Source of the DNA: Antedon mediterranea
Taxonomy: Eukaryota; Animalia; Echinodermata
DNA: 64,000 nt
Assembly: GCF_964355755.1 (NCBI RefSeq)
Contig: NC_092673.1
Span: 1,550,001 to 1,614,000 of the forward strand
Direction: 5' to 3'
Below the pieces are notes generated by a model that worked only from the letters and a program-made list of their open reading frames with translations, was not told where the DNA came from and did no database searches. Shown in pieces: positions 1 through 11,945 of the stretch; position 1 is the first letter of the stretch, and each line of letters starts with the position of its first letter. A program made the position numbers and the translations under genes.

Positions 1-715
1 TAGAAAAGATTTAACTGATAACAATAACATAAGTTGTATTGTGAATAATAACTTAAAATAATATTTCCATTAACTCTTTTTGTGTTGCTGCTTAAATTTA
101 AGTTCATTTTAATAATTATTGTTTCCATAACCAATACTATAATTAACTAATATATAATGTTGTCATCAAGCATTTACAATACAATTAACATTTTATTATA
201 TTGCATTTAGTTTTAACAATTTGTTTCATGTCTTCTCAATTTTTAAGAAACATGACTATACTATTATTTCCTATTTTATTCTTGTCCCAAAAATAGTCAC
301 ATTCAGTTTAAAGAATCGCTTAATTTTCCATCAAAATGACATGATCGCGGTCATTAAGTGTTCTTAAAGGAGGATAGACTAAAAGCTAATCATCAAACAA
401 ATTTGTTTAAATTCTGGAATATGAAACTAAAAACAGTTTGTTTTATTTGGCCTGAGTCACAAGAGATATTTCAGTAGATATTAAACAATGTTCTAAACAT
501 GGTTTATTGCAAAATGTACTGGTTGCAAGTAAAAACATGATTCATCAACTTGGACTACCTGTAGTGCAGCAGGAGTCGACTGTCAGATCTGTGTAGCAAG
601 ACGAATGGAAACAAGTGGTTTGTGTAGACGGACGAGAGATGCCAGCCAATGCGTGGGCTTGCTTGTGTGTAGGCCTGCTTAGTAATCGCACTTAGAATTC
701 GGGCTAAGATACCAC

Positions 716-790
716 ATGGGTACCCTGCTGGTGGGAGTTTGTCTCTCCAAATTGCTAAGCTGGTTCAGTGTAGTTTGCATAACACACTCT
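716..790 (+). CDS. Candidate alternative first coding exon of RNF38 (MGTLLVGVCLSKLLSWFSVVCITHS)
   Basis: ATG at 716, 25 open codons, then GTAAGC donor in phase 0, matching the phase-0 acceptor at 16294. Lies in a locally GC-richer island (~550-830). Confidence 0.35.
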
Positions 791-1444
791 GTAAGCGTTG
801 GTGACCTCTAGGTCAGCTTGTTACTATGCGAATATAATATGATTAGGAATCCAAAATGGCAACTTTCTATTTAACTTTGTTTCGCTTTGACTTTTTTAAA
901 TCGATAAAACAGAAAAATTTCATTCTTACTGATGCTTAAGTATTTCAAGAAATTGAAATGTAATCCAAGTTTGATTGTTTAATTAAAGAGATTTGGATCA
1001 AAGAACTATGAATTCAATTAAAGCCAAATTGTTTACTAATTAATCAAGGATAAGCTTATTTTAAAAATTATTTTAGTGTTTTTTCTTTTTCACTAATTTA
1101 AAATTGTTCCATGATGGTTCCAAAACGTCTTGTTTTTTTACTGTAATTTTTATTTTAAAGTTTATGATAATATAGTAAACGTTTAATTTGTTTTAAAAAA
1201 TTGAATAACAAATCTCCAAATGGGATTACTGGGTCATATACAGTAATTATAACATCTTTTGAGCTTGTGAAAAAACAACGCATTCACATTCAATGTTTTA
1301 AACATTTTTTAAGAACCATGTTTTGTTTTGAAGGTGAGACAATGATGTTATTTAAATTCAAGGTGTAATTTTAGACCACTTTGTTTTTAATTTTCCCAAA
1401 GGTGTTTTTTCTTGTTATAATAGACTTCCTTTCTTCCGATGTCC

Positions 1445-1600
1445 TTGACCAATGTAAGCCAATCATTTTCTTGATTTAATCTGGCGCCCTCTAAGGAATG
1501 TTTACACAGCACTGTAATGAGATTCTCTTGCTTCATTATTGTGGAGTTGACCTGCCATTGTGTGCAGCCAATCAGAAAGCTCGATGGATATGCAAATAAG
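1445..1600 (+). promoter_or_regulatory. Putative promoter/enhancer cluster (3 CCAAT boxes, CTCF-like site, octamer)
   Basis: CCAAT at ~1449, ~1459 and ~1568; GGCGCCCTCTA at 1483; ATGCAAAT at 1590-1597. Motif matches only. Confidence 0.3.
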
Positions 1601-2352
1601 CTACGACTCTATAAATCAAAATAGGGATTATCTTAGGTTCAGATATGGAATAGTCGATTTATTTTAGGGGAATGTTTACATGTTTAGGGAATACTATTGC
1701 TTGCTTAAGAAATAGCTAGCTTTAATAAATATGATAATAAATAAAAACAGCATATTGGTATTTTATTTTAATTGTTTCTTTGATTTGATGAAAAAATTAT
1801 ATTTTTGGCATTAATATTTTTTCCCCTCATATTCTTACTAAAACATTTGTAATTCCAATTTCCATTTTTGTAAATTTCAGCCTTTTCAGCATTTTTTAGT
1901 ATATATAAACCTGAATAAATAAATGTTAAAAAAAATAAAGTTTTACAGCTTAAAATGAGTGTCTCCTTTAGTGGGTGATAGAGCATTGTATTGGTGAGTT
2001 TATGTGGTGCTGTATTTCATTAATATTAATTTATCATTAAATAACCACTTGTACTTTAGATAACCATCATCATTTATTCATTTGCATTATCATTTGGTTA
2101 ATATCGTTAAGGGTAAAGTTATCAGGCTGTTATAATTGTTAAACTTGCCATGTGTTACCAGAACGTCCAATACAATTGTAGCTTTATATCAATATTACCC
2201 AGAATACACTAGGGTTGAAGGTACCTTAAAAACCTGGAGGAATTATGAGTATTAAAAGAGTTTTCTTAGGGTGAGTGCAAAGATGATCTAGTTATCATAT
2301 ATATATATATATATATATATAAATCAATGAAGTTGCGTAGCACTGTGTAAAT

Positions 2353-2480
2353 TATATATAAATCATACTGTAAATTATAGAAACAGTGCTCATATTCGGA
2401 ACATGATCTCATAATCGCGTATGAGATCATGTTCCAAATATGAGCACTGTTTCTATAATTTACAGTATGATTTATATATA
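2353..2480. repeat. Near-perfect palindrome (~61-bp arms, 6-nt loop) between (TA)n tracts; foldback/MITE-like
   Basis: 2353-2413 is the reverse complement of 2420-2480 with one mismatch. (TA)n at ~2298-2320 and ~2473-2492. Confidence 0.9.
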
Positions 2481-2966
2481 TATATATATATATGTATTTG
2501 AAATTAGCCAAAAAAATCATTATTTTTTAGTTGTATAATATGATAGTAATGATTAAATCCAATATTTTAAATATAGTTTTTATGTATCATAGAGGTACAT
2601 TATAAAAATAGAGGTACATTATAAAAATAGATTTATGTAACGTGACATGTTATAGCCATGTTTTTCATTTTTGATTTGAGAAATTCATAGTAATTTAAGG
2701 GTTATTTACGTGATATGTCTACAGGTTGTAAATCAATGATACCGAACTCCAAGGGGAAAAAATGATTGATTATGACAGCCAAAAGAGAGACTTATCAAAT
2801 GAACTTTAAAAAAATAAAGTATATTTAATTTGGTCTTTAGCTTTAGCATTTATTTCACTGTAGGCTAGAAAGGTGTGCTTTCAGGCTAGCTAGATTCATC
2901 TTGATATTGTAAGTTTTACCCGAGAACAAAATGGCAGTTTGTTTTTACAAATGTTGTATTTATCTA

Positions 2967-3432
2967 AAGCTTTGCCTACACTATCAAACTTTATGTGACA
3001 AAAAAATGTGATGTACACATATATGGTGGTGATGATGTCACATCACTACCATATGTGAGGGCGTGTGGCGCAGTGTGTTGGACGTTGGACTACTGATTGT
3101 GAGACCAAGGTTAGAATCCAACTCTCGCCGCATTGCTTGTATCCGTAGGCAAGATACTTTACTTACGTCTGCCTCTCTCCACCCAGGTGTATAAATGGGT
3201 ACCCGGTTAGATCAAGACTCGACTTTGCGCTGATTACTAGCTGCATTTGATCCAAAAAAAATGACTGGGGTAATAATGTTCAGCGCATTGAAAGCTTGCT
3301 TATATGCGCTATATAATAATGAATTATTATTATTATTATCATTATAATTATTATTATTATATTTAATCATATCACTACCATATTTGGGCACACACTTTTT
3401 TTTGTTAAAGTTTGATAGTGTAGACAGAGCTT
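2967..3432. mobile_element. MITE family A copy interrupted by a SINE
   Basis: Termini AAGCTTTGCCTACACTATCAAACT ... AGTTTGATAGTGTAGACAGAGCTT, flanked by TA. Internal 21-bp CATATCACTACCATATTTGGG motif. Confidence 0.85.
3057..3359 (+). mobile_element. tRNA-derived CORE-type SINE with LINE2-like 3' tail
   Basis: A-box-like TGGCGCAGTG and B-box-like GGTTAGAATCC. MIR/CORE-like GGCAAGATACTTTAC...CTCTCTCCACCCAGGTGTATAAATGGG. Tail CAGCGCATTGA...GCGCTATATAA followed by (ATT)n. Confidence 0.85.
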
Positions 3433-4236
3433 TATACATGTGATTATGGTTGGATTGAATTCATACAAAATCAAGAGATTTGAATTAATGAAAAATAATT
3501 GTGTATTTACATACTAAATTTTTTTTAAATGGATAAACTATTTTGTTGTAAATTAACGCTATATTTTGAACAGTTTGTGTAAACACCAAAGACATTGAAA
3601 TCATCAGTAATTACAATTACATTTATGAAGTTATAATATAGGCACAGACAAAATTCTAAACTGCCCAGTTATAAACTGAAAATGAATTAATTAAATTAAT
3701 TATAATATATATTTATGCTTTACTTTATTTTATTTGTTCATCTTCTGTGAATTAACAATCATATTATTTATTTAGTAATCTATTCCTCTTTGACATTCAA
3801 TTTACATTTTTACAATTTAAACACAATTTAACAAAAAGTATTGTTATCGTACGTTGCTATGGTACTTTTTATTATATTTTTTGGAAAATTTTCCAGACAT
3901 TTACGCTTTAAACTTCAATGCATTTGTTTACATTTACTTCCTGTTGATTATTTATCCCCATAAAAAATAATGGACTATTCCAAAAAGCCTGGAAGAGGTT
4001 TAGCCTTGGCATGGTAAAGGCTATGGTAATTGGATGGTATTCCCTTTGTCAATGCTAGGCAGGGTTGTTAGACCTGCTCAATAAAACGCAAGGGCAAATG
4101 CCCTGCAGGAAGCCACAGAAACAGTGAGAGAGCGCGCTCAATCTTATCGCACCGTAGTAGTAGCACAACAAAGAGAAAATCAACCACATTTTATGCTGCT
4201 CCTCGGTATATAATATGAAGGATGTTTTAATAGCAT

Positions 4237-4290
4237 ATGCACACATATAAAAGATACATTCTGTTTTGTGGGGTTTCACACAGACTAGAT
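4237..4290 (+). CDS. Candidate alternative first coding exon of RNF38 (MHTYKRYILFCGVSHRLD)
   Basis: ATG at 4237, 18 codons, then consensus GTAAGT donor in phase 0. Preceded by a GC-richer stretch at ~3990-4210. Confidence 0.35.
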
Positions 4291-5486
4291 GTAAGTATTA
4301 TCAAATCCTGTTGTTTTTCTTACTGTTTTGTTTTTCATTTTAAAATGTCCAGGCCATGTTATTATTATTCAGATGTTTTGTTTTGCCATGAGGTCACATT
4401 GGCCATGCATTCGTTTGTTCATTTAGGTCATTACAATTAATTTTTAAGTGCATTTCTGTATTCAATAAGTCTGTACTTATTTTTGTTTTTCTACTTAGCA
4501 TTCAATAATTAAAGTAAAATATATTAATTTTTGTGTAGATGAATTTAAATTCTACAAAGTAGCCTCTATAAGGAGCAATTACCAACTGTTGAGTGCATTC
4601 AGTTTTATAGTAGGTTTTTTAAGTTACTTCTTAAATACAAATTAATTACATGATAGAAAATTGATATATAGATTTGGTAGAATAATATAGAATCATCTTT
4701 AGAATTATTTATATAGCTGATTAAATTATTGTTTAATTTATAGGTTCCATTTCATATAGTATATTGAATTAATATTAATTTAATTAATCTTATGGTGAAC
4801 ATCAAGTATGTTTTTACTGTTCAGTAAAATAATTGGGTTTGATTTTTTCCTTTTTCCAAAATTATTTATAATAAAGAATTAAATTAATTTATATATACAG
4901 TAGACTGTAGTCATAAAGTATATTGAATTTATTTATATATGCTACCAAACAGTAAAAACTAAACATTTTTTAGAATTTATTATCCCTGTAGAAAAATGTC
5001 AGTAGTTGAAAAACAGTATACTGATTATTAATATTAAAATAATCCGGTAATAATTGTGAATACGCACATATTGGTGGTCTTAGACCGTACTTAAGGATTA
5101 AAGGAGATTAGTAGACAGAGTAAGAAATATGAATTTGAAAAGCAAAATTATCTAGCTTAACATTACTTATCCATATTGCATTGTTTTAAAGCAAGATTTG
5201 ACTGTAATCCTAAAATTGGAATACTATTAAAAAAAAATGATAATTTAACTAGAAAAGAGATTCTGATCAAGATATATTAATTTGTTTATTCATTTTCTTG
5301 TTCGTTTGTTGTTTTCAGTGTCTGTTAGTAAATAATGTCGATTTCATTCATGGTTTATTTGTCCATTTCTGATGTTACTATATACTGTTTATTGACTGTG
5401 AGTGACAATTTCACTGCTCCTGCCAACATACAATTTCTATATAAAACTAGATCTATGGTTGAATTTGACTGTCGAAAAAATGATAT

Positions 5487-5636
5487 TAATAATAACTTTC
5501 ATTCTTATAGCGCATATAGTGTATAAGCAAGCTCTCAATGCGCTGCACATTATCACCCCAGTCATTTTTTGGATCAAACACCTATGGAAACATACTTCCA
5601 TAATGCAAAGCTGGTAATCAGCGCAAATTGTGTCTG
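5487..5636 (-). mobile_element. 5'-truncated copy of the same SINE
   Basis: Reverse complement matches ~3220-3330 (TATAGCGCATA..TAAGCAAGCTCTCAATGCGCTG..ATTATCACCCCAGTCATTTTTTGGATCAAA..TAATCAGCGCAAA). Confidence 0.8.
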
Positions 5637-8600
5637 TGATGGTACAGTAGATATTTTCATGCGACTACTGTGAATATACGTTGTAAAAAAATAATTAATT
5701 CAGTTTTTAATTTAAAAGAAAATTCTTATTGCAGTTAATTGTGTAAACAAGAACATTTACGTTGATACAGCAATAATGTGATATATTATTCCCATGAATC
5801 TTCTCTTTTGTTGTCATATTGTTTGTAACCATCAACAGCAGTTGGTTGCTTCAGTAAATTCATCATTTTTGGTAAATCCAGGTACATACATTTATTCAAT
5901 ATTCAACAGTTTACATAGTTTATAGGTTAAGATACACAGAAGCCAAAGTGGCTTGTCTTTGTAGTCCTAAGCATAAACATAAAACATATACGGACGCATT
6001 ACATTAACAAAAAATGACATTTTGAGACAGAAAAAGGAAAAAAACAAAGTGAGATTAAGCAAAATATTTACAACTCCAAAATACTTAATGATGTATAGAG
6101 TACAATGAACTCATCTGAGTAGAAAAAAACTAAGCGACCACTCATCACTGGTGTGTTTCATTATATGAAATAAGAAATATCGTTTACTTACAATGTAAAA
6201 TTTAACATTTTATCTCATTTAAAATTTGCATATTCATTGTCTTAAAGGAACAAAACAAATTGATTTTAAACAATTGATGATTAAAGTAGCATAACATAAA
6301 TAATATATTGTTAGCACTTTCTGTATGTTATTGTAGTTATTGTACATACAAAGTTCGCCTTTCAAACGCAGAGCTTGAATTCAATTCTTAAAATCAAGAA
6401 CTTAATTGATTTTTTCGTATATAATTTTATAATAATTATGTAATGTGTCGTATAAATGTTGAACTAGATTTGCAGGGTTTGTGTTCAGTCAAATTCAATC
6501 CAAAAATATAGTATATATTTAATTTTTTCTAATATAACATTATTATTATTATTACATAATGTGTGTATACTAGCATTACTGTATGCACTAGATTTTGAAT
6601 TAAGCCTGATTGAATATATTCAAATCTCTCCTTAACTACCAAGATATCTCAATATGGAAATGCAATCTACCCAGTCGTCATTTTGTCTACATTTAAACAA
6701 TTGCGTTTCAAACATGTTCGCACATTCTCTTAATTTTAATAAATAATATTCCCGTTGGAAAAAAATGAATTACTTGTCCTTGATAACGGGTAAACATTAT
6801 TTTATGTTTTTCTAAATCGTTTTGCTTATTAAACAAATTGCTTCTCGGAATTATTTCTTACCCTAAAAATTACATCGTTATCAGAATATTGATAACTTTC
6901 TGCCTGACACAAAAGGAAAAAGGCGATGAAAACACCTTAGCTTTTAAACATGAAGTTGAGTGAACGCTTCGTCTGGCTCGAGAGAGCTGACGCCAACAAA
7001 AGCCTTTAGCAATCATTCGGTTTATGCTAAAGCATTTCCACTTGTTATAGTCTACTACTACTGTAGCATCAAAGAATGAGATATGCAAATATATTATAGA
7101 AGAATAAACATAATTATGAAAATTATAATCGCACACTGATTAGTCATGGAAGTAAAAAATAGGGTGAAACATTCTATTTTAAGATAATGTTTTCATGCTT
7201 GCATTATGGACAAGATGTTATTTAATGCTATTTAATCTTTTTGTTTAGTCAATAAGTCTCTGAATGTGATCTAGTTCATAGACAAAGTTATTGATTTTTT
7301 TTTTTATTGTCATAAATCCTTCTTAATATGGGAGTTCTGTAGTATGGGATTTTGGATTGAATATATCATTAGAAAACATGGAATTAAAGAATAAAGGAGT
7401 AAAACAATCAATGATGTCTTTTCCAGGATTGGTAAAATGTACTGGTAGGTTAAAGTAGGATTTCTGTAGGAGTAGCTGATGCTAATCCTTTGTGTAACTA
7501 CTAGTAAACATAAATACCTTTTATCAGGACTTCTGGCCCATGCCTAAATCCTGTTCTTTGTTTTCTGATACCGTAAGCCATGAGGTAAGCTTTGTTGCTC
7601 AGTGTTCCTGAGTCCAGAGAAGGAGTAGGATGTATAAGAATTCAGTGTAAGAATATCTTTTGCAAACCGATTAGTTTAAATCATATAAAGCGAATTGTTA
7701 TACTAAGGTAGGATATACAGTTTCCAATGTTTCTTTCTTCAACTTTACAGTTAACTATAATATCAATTGTTTCAATGATGTTAAAAATTACATAAAAGAT
7801 AAAGAGGTATACTTTAATATAAGTAATAGGTTTATCTACTACTATATTTTGTTTTAATTTTTACCAAATTTGTACTTATTAAAATCTGTAAGGTAGTATG
7901 TAAAAATAATTACAGGTGTCATCTAATAAAAAAAATGGTCACCATAACAACCAATGTAATTGGATTGAGAATAATGAAACATTGGAATCAGAAGGAATTA
8001 AATACAGTATGTATTTCATATAATACTTCATGTGACCCCATTCTCAAAGTGTAATGTCTTGAATGAAGATGATCTAGATTGTTAGAAAGTAAATGTCTAT
8101 ACTCATTGTTTTTATACTAAGTTAAGTATGTTTTTTTTTTACAATTTTAGTATTATAGTTAGTAAAGATTAGTTAGTTTTTTAAAAAAAGTAAAAACTTG
8201 GCACTTTCTTTTGACTGTTTTCTTCTACTGATTTATAATATAGCCTTTTGCTTATTTTATTCTCCATCAAGATCCAGCTACTGATACCCACAGATTTTTG
8301 TTCAGTAATTTGCCTTTTGGAATATAAATAAGATGTAATATGACACAATCTTGTTTTTTTTTTTCATTGGTTTCATGTATTTATAAATTATAGTTTATAC
8401 TTGTTGAAATGAGTAGGGTGGTCAGTGAAGCGTGACAGCTGTAATTGGGTCAGAGTTTTAGTCACCATTTAGGAGGAGTCAAGAATAATTTCTAGAGCAA
8501 CATCCGGTATTTCCAATCGGGCATATGGACACCAAAATAGAATCTTGTCACTGTGATTGGCTTACTATGACCTTTGACATTTTTATAAATATAAAAAAAA

Positions 8601-9911
8601 ATAGTGTTCACAGTTTTCATTAGTTGGGTTGCTTCATTGCATTTTAATTTGTTGTGGGAATTTGTAATCTTTGAATAAACCAAACAGAGATTAAACTTTG
8701 TATAGGAAATTTGTGGTGTAAAATGCACCCAAAAAGAATAAGTTTGAGAAATTATAATATTTAGGAAATACAAAAGGTGAACAACAAAGAAAATCATTGA
8801 AGCTGATATTGCTTCTGTTAATAAATGTGTTGAGATATTTAGGTCATTCTACTCAGCATAGGTCAAGGCAATGCAAAGTTTAAACACTCTTATGTTTTAT
8901 GTATTGGTGGTTTTACTTCATTATACTATGTCAACATAAACCTGACCCTAAGAATTAGATATAATATTGCATACAATACATTGTATTGATCTTAATGTTG
9001 ATAGTATTACTTAAAATGTATAGGACCGGAACAAGGGTTGCTAAAGGCAGTTAAGATAACCTTCTGAGGTTGTTGTGGTATATGCTTTGTTTTTTATGAA
9101 TATTTTATATGAACTTTAACCTTTCTTGTTTCATTTTCCATAAGTTCTTTGTGTTTTGTTGAGATGGAAAATCAGATTAAGATCCAATTGGTTAATAGTG
9201 CTTAAATATATTTAAGATGAGTCACATTAATCACTAGAACATGATTCATATGAAGTCTGTACTGACCTACCAGCTTTAATAATGGTAGTTTCTTATGAAG
9301 TAAGAATGCTTGTTTTAGGGCCTACTAATTTTAAAAGGACACTGAAGTATAGACATTATTCAAGCAAAATGTACTGATACTCTACAATACATGTTTTTAG
9401 GGCCTACTACCACCAGACATTTTTCAAGCTCAAAGTACTAGATACAATACATGTCACATTCAATGATTCCATGCATTTCAAACAGTAGCCAGAGTAAGCG
9501 TTATAAACATATAACAAGTTCAAAAGTTCATTTTAATGGTTTATTTGAGAAATATTGATTTATAAAAACAAGTTACCAACCCACTTCTTCATAATAATAA
9601 CATAGTTCTAATGAAAAACATAGTACCAGCAAAATAAAAAAAACTTTCAAAAGATATATGATCATAGAAAAATGAAGGAAGACATTGTGGTTTATTGCAA
9701 CTGATATTGTTTGTTTGTTTACTGCTTCCATTGTTTCAATATAATTATTACAGGTACACATTGTAATACACCAGACAGATGTTTACAGTATTGATCCTCA
9801 GCTAGATTTTAGAACATTTGTTTTTCATTTTTCACAATTTTAATACCAAATAATATTGTTGCTATGCAAGTTCCATTTTAAATCTGTTATAAATTTAACC
9901 AGAACAACAAC

Positions 9912-10229
9912 TACTGTATTTATTGAAATAAACATCTCGCTTTAAATAAATGCCTTCCTCAAATAAACGCAACCCCTCCCCCTCGAATGAACACTCCAGG
10001 CCTTTATTTATTTCCTCGAATAAACGCCACGCCATGCCACATGCATTATATACACAATATTGTATTACCAACACATTTCTATTTGTAGTAGAATTCATTG
10101 ATTGACATGATCTACAATTTACCAAGCATTCTGATTTCTACTGTATTTTATTATCACTTCTCGATACGTTCCTCCTAAAAACCCTCCTGAACAATAAACG
10201 CCCTGGGCTTTATCTGAATAAATATGGTA
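9912..10229. mobile_element. Tc1/mariner-pogo-like MITE remnant
   Basis: Imperfect TIRs TACTGTATTTATT / AATAAATATGGTA, with repeated internal AATAAACGC motifs. Confidence 0.6.
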
Positions 10230-10906
10230 CTGTATATCATCAAGGTAAACATTACAGCATGTACATTTCTTCTTGTTTTTCTTATGGAAAGGTAGCTATA
10301 ACATAACCTCATAACGTACTTCTGTATACCAACCCAATGTACACAACAATCCATTAGATTTTTCCAATTCTGGAGTATCGTTTCGCACCACTTGATTTCT
10401 ATACTAAATCACCCACTTCCTCTTTATTCACAAATACTTTTGTTATGTTCAATTATAACTTAGTATCTGGTTCAATATGTGCCAAAACTCTTATTGAAGA
10501 AAAGAGTTGTTTTGAAACTGTTAACAAAGAAAGGTTAGCTTATTGTTTGTTTTATATATTTAGAATTGGCTGTGGTATTGTAGAATTTAGCATTTGTAGC
10601 AACAAACACAGTTTTGAAAGGTTATTATAGCAACACTATCAACATACAAATAAATAGTCTTTCAAAAAATCATGTTTTAGATATATTTTTTTCCAATAAA
10701 GGGAAAGTTGTGTAAAATATGAACCATTAATATGTTTGTATTTTAACTTCTGAAATTAGTTCACAAATATCTAGATGTTAATGAATTTGAGTATGACATT
10801 GACATAACATTTTAAATTGAGTTGCTATAGTTGTTCAACAAAAATAGACATTTGAATGTTATGAAATTATTGCCGACTTATACAAACCCCTGTATGACTT
10901 ATGGAA

Positions 10907-11052
10907 GTCTACACTATCTACAAATAAGTTTGACAAAAAAGTTCAAATATGCTAGTGATATGCCCAAATATGGTAATAGTATGACATCATCATGTCCATA
11001 TATGGCCATATCACATTTTATTTGTCAAGTTTGATAGTGTAGACAGAGCTTT
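10907..11052. mobile_element. MITE family A copy
   Basis: GTCTACACTATC ... AGTTTGATAGTGTAGACAGAGCTTT, with the internal 21-bp motif. Confidence 0.85.
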
Positions 11053-11613
11053 GGAAGCCTAACATACCTTATCAACTTTGTCATTGTTTAGGTAATATTA
11101 GAAAAAAAAAATGTAATTGAAAATTAAATATTTAGTTATTACTATACAAAATATAAATGATAGAATAATTATACTGCAATAAAAATGATATAATAATTAT
11201 ATTATAATAAAAGATTACAATACAATAATCACGCGACGCATGTTAACATACAAAGGAAAAAATTGTATTGAGTAGCGAGCTAACAAAGACCAGTATACAT
11301 ATCTTTAACCTTCCTATTGCCTAGATACATATATTATAATATCATTTTGATTTGTTCTCTTGTGGCATTATAACAATTTGTACTTTGTAATTTGTACGCA
11401 CAGACAATTTTTGTAATTCATAACCACTTTTACGGGTTGTTAGTGCTGTTTTGTTACTAACTACAATGTAGGTTCACTTAATGATATGGGCCAGATATTC
11501 GTAAGGTTTTACTCATTGTTAAATGATACATTTTATTATATGCATATTTATTTGTTGTTTGGGACGAAACTACTATTAAGAGGACACTTTCTTAAGGGAA
11601 AATATATAGTCTG

Positions 11614-11945
11614 TTAGATCCTATAGATTTCCCTTACTTTACTGTAGATCTGATAGATTTCCCTTAGATCCCATAGATTTCCCTTAGATCCCATAGATAT
11701 CCCATGGATTTCCCTTAGATACTATAGATTTCCCTTACTGTAGATCCTATAGATTTCCCTTAGATCCTATAAATTATATTTAATTTGATTTTTATTGTTA
11801 CATTTTTATGTCTCATCATTATGTATTTTTGTGAGGGTCCCTAATGATCATCTTCGGCAGGATGGACTACTTTGTAAAATATTGTTGAAATAAAAATAAA
11901 TAGATTTCCTTAGATCCCATAGATTTCTCTTAGATCCCATAGATA
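11614..11945. repeat. Degenerate ~20-bp tandem repeat (TTAGATCCCATAGATTTCCC), interrupted
   Basis: About 7 copies at 11614-11770 and 2 more at 11900-11945. Confidence 0.75.

Noticed and set aside
3057-3130. tRNA gene
   Set aside because: It is the tRNA-derived head of a SINE, continuing into CORE and LINE-like tail sequence; no convincing cloverleaf.
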